A stretch of 64,000 nt of DNA from an uncultured Bacteroidaceae bacterium (GTDB taxonomy: Bacteria; Bacteroidota; Bacteroidia; Bacteroidales; GCA-2748055), in contig CAZNFR010000006.1 in NCBI GenBank assembly GCA_964572225.1, forward strand, positions 533 to 64,532, given 5' to 3'. Within the stretch, counting starts at the first letter, position 1. Every line of letters begins with the position of its first letter. A program made the position numbers and the translations under genes. Below are positions 57,563-64,000 of the stretch, piece by piece. The notes under the pieces are model-generated. The model saw nothing but the letters and a program-made list of their open reading frames with translations. It was not told the origin of the DNA and ran no database searches.

Positions 57563-58900
57563 ATGCAAAACTCTTTTGCACAATACCTCAATGAAATCAT
57601 CCCTGTTAACCAAGGATCCCGATTCCTTTTGGCAGTTTCAGGAGGCATTGATTCTGTAGTAATGCTGGACCTTTTCGCCCAGATGGAAAATATCGAGTTC
57701 GGCATTGCCCATTGCAATTTTGGCTTGAGAGGCGCTGAATCGGATGAGGATGAAAATCTGGTTCAGGAGCTCGGGGAAAGATATCATTGCAAAACATACG
57801 TCAAACTATTTGATACCATGACCTTTGCAGAGAATCACAGAATCTCGGTTCAAATGGCTGCCAGAACTCTGAGGTACGCCTGGTTTTCTTCACTGGCAGA
57901 AAGTGAGAATTGGGATTACATACCTGTAGCTCACAATAAAAACGACCGGATAGAAACATTCTTTATTAATCTTCTAAGGGGAACCGGAATTAAGGGACTT
58001 ACTTCGATTCCACACAGGAACCAAAAAATCATCCGTCCTCTGTTGAAATACGACAGGAAACAAATTGAAGAATACGCCATCAACCGGAGGCTGGTTTGGA
58101 GGGAAGATTCCAGCAACAGGTCGGTGAAATATACCCGGAATAAAATCAGACACGAGATCATTCCCATCTTCACTGACCTTAATCCCGGGTTTCTTTCCAC
58201 CATGGAAGAAAATATAGGAAGGATTGAGCAAATGGAATGGATCTTCGATCAAATCCTTGCCGAAAAAAAAGAGGCCCTGCTAACAAAAAAAGAAAACCAT
58301 ACTTTGATTTCGTTGGATGAACTACGAAATAATCCACTTTCTTCACTTTGGTTATTTGAGATACTCAGCGATTATGGATTCTCCGGCAAAATGATCGGAG
58401 ACATTGATAAAAGCCGATTTTCCGAGTCAGGAAAAAGATTCTTTTCCCGCGAATATGAACTGACAAAGGATAGAGATTTTTTTATTCTAAGGAAAATTGA
58501 AAAGAATGAGGATACGCCCCGGAAATATTACATCGATTCTGAGGTGAAAAACCTATCAACACCGATAAACCTTGAAATCGATGTGCTCAGCAGATCTGAC
58601 TTCGTCCTGACTTCGAATCAAAATATTGCCTGCCTCGATCTGGACAAGGTTTCTTTTCCTCTTATCCTCAGAAAATGGAAACACGGTGATTATTTTCGCC
58701 CCCTGGGTATGAAAGAAATGAAGAAATTAAGTGATTTCTTTATAGACAATAAAGTATCCTTGCCTGAAAAACAAGACACCTGGATTCTTGCCAGTGGCGA
58801 TGATATAATTTGGATTGTGGGTCAAAGGATCGATGACCGGTTCAAAGTAAGTTCTGAAACAACAAAAGTCCTGATGATAACCTGCCATAATGAGGATTAG
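57563..58900 (+). CDS. tilS: tRNA(Ile)-lysidine synthase
   Basis: PP-loop LLAVSGGIDSVVM, HCNFGLRG, and the conserved C-terminal TilS region (RKWKHGDYFRPLGM, WIVGQRIDDRF). Confidence 0.9.
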   Translation: MQNSFAQYLNEIIPVNQGSRFLLAVSGGIDSVVMLDLFAQMENIEFGIAHCNFGLRGAESDEDENLVQELGERYHCKTYVKLFDTMTFAENHRISVQMAARTLRYAWFSSLAESENWDYIPVAHNKNDRIETFFINLLRGTGIKGLTSIPHRNQKIIRPLLKYDRKQIEEYAINRRLVWREDSSNRSVKYTRNKIRHEIIPIFTDLNPGFLSTMEENIGRIEQMEWIFDQILAEKKEALLTKKENHTLISLDELRNNPLSSLWLFEILSDYGFSGKMIGDIDKSRFSESGKRFFSREYELTKDRDFFILRKIEKNEDTPRKYYIDSEVKNLSTPINLEIDVLSRSDFVLTSNQNIACLDLDKVSFPLILRKWKHGDYFRPLGMKEMKKLSDFFIDNKVSLPEKQDTWILASGDDIIWIVGQRIDDRFKVSSETTKVLMITCHNED

Positions 58901-58910
58901 CTCTGATTTC

Positions 58911-59696
58911 CTATTCCTCTACAAGCCCTAGATTGGTCCTCAGGATCTGAAAATACTCTTCCAATCCGGTTTTATCCCTCTCCTTTATCATTCCCAAAAG
59001 GGCATTAAGACTCTCCGAGATCTTTTCGATTTGTTCAAGGCTGTGGGTATTCAGGAGGATCTCAGAAAGCAAATAATCATCCTCCGACAATAGTCCCTTC
59101 GCTATTTCAAGGTGCTTTTTGAAGGTAGTACCCGGAGCTTCCTGCTCTTTCATGCAGGATGCAAATACCATGGTAGAGGAAAATGGGATAGAAAGGGAAT
59201 AAGCAATAGTTTCATCGTGTTGCCTGAAGGAATATTCATGAATATTGAGCTTCATTTTCCGGTAAAAATTCCGGAAAAATTCCTTTCCTTCATCCTCTGA
59301 TTCCGAAATAATTATGGCATTCTCCTCACTCAGGTCTTTCACATTCGCAAAAGTGGGCCCAAACATAGGATGGGTTGAGACAAATCTGCGACCACTCTTA
59401 CGATAATATTCAGCTAAACCGTTCTTGACTGAAGTTATATCAGAAACAATGCATTTCTCGTTCAAATAAGGAATAATCTCGTCAAAAACTTTAAGGGTAC
59501 TTCCCAAACTTACCGCATTGATCAAAATATCAGGATCGAATTCAAAAAGCTCCTCCAGGTAAAGAAATTTTCTGGAATTAAAGAAGTACTTAAGTTTATT
59601 CCTGTCTGAATCATAAACACCTACTTCATAATCAAGACAAAGGGATTCGACAAACCAGGATCCCATATTTCCGGCTCCAATTACTGCAATTCTCAT
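58911..59696 (-). CDS. tyrA: Prephenate dehydrogenase
   Basis: NAD-binding MRIAVIGAGNMGSW, DITSVK, STHPMFGP and HDETIAYSLSIP motifs. Confidence 0.8.
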   Translation of the reverse strand: MRIAVIGAGNMGSWFVESLCLDYEVGVYDSDRNKLKYFFNSRKFLYLEELFEFDPDILINAVSLGSTLKVFDEIIPYLNEKCIVSDITSVKNGLAEYYRKSGRRFVSTHPMFGPTFANVKDLSEENAIIISESEDEGKEFFRNFYRKMKLNIHEYSFRQHDETIAYSLSIPFSSTMVFASCMKEQEAPGTTFKKHLEIAKGLLSEDDYLLSEILLNTHSLEQIEKISESLNALLGMIKERDKTGLEEYFQILRTNLGLVEE

Positions 59697-59699
59697 AGT

Positions 59700-60704
59700 T
59701 TAATTCGGCTCGTTATCAATTATTCGATTTATTCTGTTTTCAAGCATCATCAGATCGGTAAGGACAATGGCCACTCCTGCTTCAACCACCGGGGGCACTC
59801 TAAGTGCGATGCATTTATCATGTCTCCCTTCTACCTGAAAGGATTCAACCTTACCTGATTTAACATTTAGGGTATTCTGGGGCTGAGAAGTTGAACTCGT
59901 AGGTTTGACCGCTACCCGAAAAACAAGTTCATTTCCGTTGGAGATACCCCCATTTATCCCTCCCGCATAATTCGTCTCCGTTTTTCCTTCGTGGTTCAGA
60001 ATATTATCGTTATGCTCGCTACCCTTCATTGCAACCGCATTAAATCCGGATCCAAACTCAATACCTTTGATTGCAGGTATTGAAAAAATCATGTGAGAAA
60101 TAAGCGATTCCACAGAATCAAAAAAAGGCTCACCCAGGCCAATGGGAAGATTTTTAACCCTGCATTCGACAATCCCTCCAATGGATTCATTTTCATTGAC
60201 AGCCCGATCTACTGCTTCCTTAATATTTTTAGATCCCCCTGCCTCAACAAGGCTGGCGGTTATGGCAATACTTCCCAGGATTTTTTTGGCTATTACCCCC
60301 GCAGCCACAAGTCCGACAGTAAGTCTTCCTGAAAAATGCCCTCCGCCCCGGTAGTCTTCAAATCCTCCATATTTTTTGGTCGCAACGAAATCTGCATGAC
60401 CCGGTCTTGGAAACTCCCGGATTTTCTCATAATCACTACTACGGGTATTGGTATTCTCAAACTGTATGTTAATAGGAGCACCAGTGGTTCTATCCCTGAA
60501 AATCCCGCTCATGAATCTGGGAATATCGAATTCTTTTCTTGGAGTTGTACCCTTGGCCCCCGCTCTTCTGCGGCCGAGATCTTCTTTGAAATCCTCGTTG
60601 GTAAGTCTTATGCCTGAGGGACAACCGTCAATGAGGACTCCGACGGAATTTCCATGGGATTCACCATAGATGGAGACTCTGAAGATTCTTCCAAATGAGT
60701 TCAT
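59700..60704 (-). CDS. aroC: Chorismate synthase
   Basis: FGRIFRVSIYGESHGNSVGVLIDGCPSGI, RPGHADF and GGGHFSGRLT signatures. Confidence 0.9.
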   Translation of the reverse strand: MNSFGRIFRVSIYGESHGNSVGVLIDGCPSGIRLTNEDFKEDLGRRRAGAKGTTPRKEFDIPRFMSGIFRDRTTGAPINIQFENTNTRSSDYEKIREFPRPGHADFVATKKYGGFEDYRGGGHFSGRLTVGLVAAGVIAKKILGSIAITASLVEAGGSKNIKEAVDRAVNENESIGGIVECRVKNLPIGLGEPFFDSVESLISHMIFSIPAIKGIEFGSGFNAVAMKGSEHNDNILNHEGKTETNYAGGINGGISNGNELVFRVAVKPTSSTSQPQNTLNVKSGKVESFQVEGRHDKCIALRVPPVVEAGVAIVLTDLMMLENRINRIIDNEPN

Positions 60705-61345
60705 TTCTCTTTTACTCCTAATATTGAATTAATATCCATCATTTCCCTATAGCTAAGCTGCCCGGGGGCTGTGGCCCTCGATTCATCGGGATAAGCAAAA
60801 CTGAATTCACTGCCCATAGGAACAGCGGCAACCCTGGTAATCAACCCAAAATCACCCATACCAAGAATAACCTTGGAACCCGGAATGTCATAGAGGGAGA
60901 AAAGGGAGAGAATATCCTTCTCCGATTCCACCAGGGTCGCAATCTTTGCCGTATCTGCTCCTAACTGATAGCATTTTCGGAGGATGGACTCCAATTCATG
61001 CTTCCCGGGTGTACCTTCAAAATCATGGTATGAGATAATGAGCCTGGTTTGGGAATTTTTTACCAGGGCCAGAATTTGCTGGAGGAATTTGGGTTGACTT
61101 TCCAGCTCAATATCCAGGTATTCGACTCCATATGAAACAGCCATCCTGAAAAGCTCCATACGTTTATCATCATCAGCATATTCGGGTCTAAAGGTAAAAA
61201 CCCCCTTTCCCGCCAATTTCAATAAGGCTGAAAGGTCTTCCCGGTCAAGGTCAAGAAGATCGGCCCTGATCTCGACAAAATCATACTTACGAACAGCTTC
61301 AATAGCCATCTCCTTGCTTAATTCGCCCAGACTGACACAAATCAT
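60701..61345 (-). CDS. aroD: Type I 3-dehydroquinate dehydratase
   Basis: MICVSLG, DFVEIRADLL, ISYHDFEGTP, ADTAKIAT (Schiff-base Lys context). Overlaps aroC and aroB by 4 nt each. Confidence 0.85.
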   Translation of the reverse strand: MICVSLGELSKEMAIEAVRKYDFVEIRADLLDLDREDLSALLKLAGKGVFTFRPEYADDDKRMELFRMAVSYGVEYLDIELESQPKFLQQILALVKNSQTRLIISYHDFEGTPGKHELESILRKCYQLGADTAKIATLVESEKDILSLFSLYDIPGSKVILGMGDFGLITRVAAVPMGSEFSFAYPDESRATAPGQLSYREMMDINSILGVKEK

Positions 61346-62361
61346 GAGAAAGCAATTTTTAGTTCGGATACCGATATATTATGAATAACCGCATTCCCAA
61401 TATCCTGCAGGAGAATAAACTGCATTTGATCCTTTTGCCTCTTCTTATCTTTTTTCATGGCTTCAATCATGGCATCTTTATCAAATTCCATTTCAACCGG
61501 CAAACCAGCCTTTATTAATAATTCTTCAAGACTTGCAGGAACTGATTTATCTGCCAGTCCAATTTTCACTGACAATTTAGCGGCAAGCATCATCCCAATG
61601 GAAACGCCTTCACCGTGGGATACTCCGTACAATTTTTCCAGCGCGTGTCCGAAAGTATGCCCAAAATTGAGCAATTTCCTGTCTCCCTTTTCATTTACAT
61701 CACTTTCCACAATGCTTTTTTTTGTAAAAGCAGATTCGAAAATCAGCTTTTCAAGGATTTCCTCTTCAAAGGCCAGAGCTTCCTCTAAATGTTTATCCAA
61801 AAAGGGAAACAAATCTTTTCGTTTTATAAAAGCATATTTAATGATCTCAGCAAAACCTCCGATAAATTCCTTTTTTGGAAGGGTACGGAGAGCCTTAATA
61901 TCGCAAATTACATAATCAGGCTGACGGATAACACCCATAAGGTTTTTATAACCCTCATAGTTGATCCCGTTCTTCCCTCCGATGGAGGCATCGACCTGGG
62001 CAAGTAAGGTAGTTGCCAGAAAAGAAAAAGGTATTCCTCTGAAGTAGGTTGAAGCAACAAAACCGGCCAGATCTGTGGCAATCCCCCCCCCTGCCCCGAC
62101 AATCCTCCATGTCCTGTCCACCTCCCTTTCAAGAAGTTCACCGAAAACGCGATAATAGGATTCAAAAGATTTAACCTTTTCGCCCGATCCCAGATTTATC
62201 ACCCGGTAATCCTTCAGGTTCCCACCATGAAACTTCAGATAATTACCATCAGCGAGAATGATCGTTGATTCCGGAGGCAGCAGATCATTCAGGAGATCAA
62301 TGGTTCCGGGTATAAGTATCTCCGTTTTACCTGCAGAGGTTTCAAGCTTTATTTGCTTCAT
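61342..62361 (-). CDS. aroB: 3-dehydroquinate synthase
   Basis: GAGGGIATDLAGFVASTYFRGIPF, DASIGGKNGIN, FGHTFGHALE and HGEGVSIGM motifs. Confidence 0.9.
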   Translation of the reverse strand: MKQIKLETSAGKTEILIPGTIDLLNDLLPPESTIILADGNYLKFHGGNLKDYRVINLGSGEKVKSFESYYRVFGELLEREVDRTWRIVGAGGGIATDLAGFVASTYFRGIPFSFLATTLLAQVDASIGGKNGINYEGYKNLMGVIRQPDYVICDIKALRTLPKKEFIGGFAEIIKYAFIKRKDLFPFLDKHLEEALAFEEEILEKLIFESAFTKKSIVESDVNEKGDRKLLNFGHTFGHALEKLYGVSHGEGVSIGMMLAAKLSVKIGLADKSVPASLEELLIKAGLPVEMEFDKDAMIEAMKKDKKRQKDQMQFILLQDIGNAVIHNISVSELKIAFS

Positions 62362-63457
62362 TCTTTAGAATCTCGGATTTGTTCATTACCACGGTTTGGT
62401 GATTAATGGATTCCTGATGAATTGCCTGAAAGACTTTGAGAATAAATTCATCACTAAGACCTTTCCTGCTTCCAAGACTAAGCCGTTTATGAAGAATGTC
62501 ATCCCATCTTTTGGACTGAAGAATAGTCAGGTTATTATCCTTTTTATGCTTTCCAATTTCTTCAACCACCTTCATCCTTTTTTCAAATATATTAATAATC
62601 TTATCATCAAGCTTATCAATTTCCTCCCTTAATTCGGCCAGACTTAGTTCAACCTGAAACTCCGAACCAGGGTCTCGGAGAATCAATCGGTCTATTAGTT
62701 CTCGGAGCTCAAGGGGAGTAATTTGTTGTTTTGCGTCACTAAGGGCTTTATCAGGATTTATATGACTTTCAATGATCAGTCCATCAAAATTCAGGTCCAT
62801 GGCCTTTTGAGACACATCGTAGAGAAGTTGCCTGTTCCCGCATATATGACTGGGATCGGTGATAATTGGAAGCTGGGGAATACGCCTTCTAAGTTCAATG
62901 GGAATTTGCCATTGGGGATCATTGCGGAAGAGGGTTTTATCATAGGTTGAAAATCCCCGATGAATAGCTCCCAACTGAGTTATCCCGGCATTATTAATTC
63001 TTTCAAGGGCTCCGATCCAGAGTTCAACATCAGGGTTCACAGGATTCTTGACCAGGACAGGAATATCTACCCCTTTAAGAGAATCGGCAATATCCTGAAC
63101 CGCAAAGGGATTGGCAGAGGTTCGGGCCCCGATCCATAATATATCAATCCCGTTTTTGAGCGCTTCATAAACATGTTTAACATTTGCAACCTCCGTTGAG
63201 GTGAGCATTCCGGTTTCCTCCTTGACTAATTTCAGCCATTTTAGACCTTCAGAACCAACCCCCTCAAATGCATTGGGACGAGTCCTGGGCTTCCAGATCC
63301 CTGCTCTAAAGATTTTGACTCCATTTCCTGATAGTATTTTTGCAGTTCCCAGAACCTGCTCCTCACTTTCTGCACTGCAGGGTCCGGCTATCAATATCGG
63401 TCTTTTCATGCATTCGCCACAAAGGCTTAACGGTTCAATTTTCAAATTTATGCCCAT
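62342..63457 (-). CDS. Bifunctional DAHP synthase (type I-beta, KdsA-like) with a C-terminal chorismate mutase domain
   Basis: I prefer ATG 63457 (MGINLKIEP...), because the 63520 start would overlap the pheA 3' end. The DAHPS core is ILIAGPCSAESEEQ, IFRAGIWKPRT, DPSHICG. The C-terminal AroQ-type CM is LRELIDRLILRD...LREEIDKLDDKIINIFEKRMKV... Confidence 0.85.
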   Translation of the reverse strand: MGINLKIEPLSLCGECMKRPILIAGPCSAESEEQVLGTAKILSGNGVKIFRAGIWKPRTRPNAFEGVGSEGLKWLKLVKEETGMLTSTEVANVKHVYEALKNGIDILWIGARTSANPFAVQDIADSLKGVDIPVLVKNPVNPDVELWIGALERINNAGITQLGAIHRGFSTYDKTLFRNDPQWQIPIELRRRIPQLPIITDPSHICGNRQLLYDVSQKAMDLNFDGLIIESHINPDKALSDAKQQITPLELRELIDRLILRDPGSEFQVELSLAELREEIDKLDDKIINIFEKRMKVVEEIGKHKKDNNLTILQSKRWDDILHKRLSLGSRKGLSDEFILKVFQAIHQESINHQTVVMNKSEILKNEANKA

Positions 63458-63467
63458 AACTTTGTTT

Positions 63468-64000
63468 TTATTCAATAATAGATTCACCTTTTGTGTATTC
63501 TCCCAGGATTCCAAGCTCACTTGTAAACGGCCGGATCGCTTCTATCGACTTTTTATACCAGTCATAATCCTCAAACATAAGATCCACATAAAACTGATAC
63601 TCCCATTCCCTTCCCATAATTGGCATGGATTGTATTTTTGTGAGGTTCTGATCGTAGTAGGATAGAATGGAAAGAATCTTGGAAAGGGAACCCGATTTGT
63701 GAGAAAGGTCAAAGTGAATACTGGCTTTATTCACGTTGTCTATGGATGGTTTATTTCCGTTCATTTCCTTGAGGATCAGAAAACGGGTATAATTAACCTT
63801 ATTCGTTTCAATACCGGCTGCCATGATCTCCAGTTCATACTTTTCTGCAGCTAGTTTACTGGCAATAGCTCCAATTCCCCTCAGATTCTTTTCTCTAATC
63901 TCCTTTGCGCTTAGCGCTGTATCTTCACTTTCAATAAGTCTTATTTCCGGATAATCATCGAAAAACAACTGACACTGAAGTATTGCCATGGGATGGGAAT
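63468..64000 (-). CDS. pheA: Prephenate dehydratase (the 5' end lies beyond the right edge of the window)
   Basis: PDT and ACT domain sequence (GAIASKLAAEKYELEIMAAGIETNKVNYTRFLIL, SLSKILSILSYYDQNLTKIQSMP). The frame stays open to base 64000 (..HPMAILQCQ), so the listed Met at 63989 is internal. Confidence 0.85.
   Translation of the reverse strand, partial: SHPMAILQCQLFFDDYPEIRLIESEDTALSAKEIREKNLRGIGAIASKLAAEKYELEIMAAGIETNKVNYTRFLILKEMNGNKPSIDNVNKASIHFDLSHKSGSLSKILSILSYYDQNLTKIQSMPIMGREWEYQFYVDLMFEDYDWYKKSIEAIRPFTSELGILGEYTKGESIIE

Overview
This is a densely packed, almost entirely chromosomal-core window. It looks like a Bacteroidota genome. That is an inference from TAnnTTTG-type -7 promoter boxes ahead of the tRNAs, ndk and thrS, the near absence of Shine-Dalgarno sequences, a dapB-lepB-lepB arrangement, a DAHP synthase with a C-terminal chorismate mutase, a DUF349 protein and many lipoproteins. 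I can support about 57 protein-coding genes, including three that are not in the supplied ORF track: an edge-truncated aconitase-family gene, and 46-aa and 54-aa small ORFs. I can also support two tRNA-Leu genes, several hairpin terminators, one in-frame 39-bp tandem repeat and one perfect 21-bp inverted repeat. I saw no rRNA, CRISPR array, transposase or integrase, prophage genes or recognisable defence island. Housekeeping blocks include recF-DUF721, ribH, yidC-pyrG, trmD, mnmA, thrS-infC-rpmI-rplT, dapB-lepB-lepB, proS, tilS and an aromatic amino-acid cluster (pheA, DAHPS/CM, aroB, aroD, aroC, tyrA). Five candidates for something not yet described stand out. (1) A three-gene module at 29369-31646: an AmgK-like anomeric sugar kinase fused to a RapZ-type C-terminal domain, a 46-aa Cys-rich micro-ORF and a MurU-like uridylyltransferase, preceded by an unusually long non-coding leader containing the 21-bp inverted repeat next to the start codon. 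(2) A lipoprotein with a Tyr/Trp/Gly-rich core and a Ser/Arg-rich tandem-repeat tail, apparently in an operon with a FadL-like barrel. (3) A TIGR01212-type radical SAM gene packed between AddA-like and AddB-like genes. (4) A Tat-exported DUF362 protein paired with a NapH-like polyferredoxin. (5) A eukaryote-type aromatic amino-acid decarboxylase paired with an SDR. All functional calls rest on motif recognition by eye and recalled family knowledge. No database search was run.
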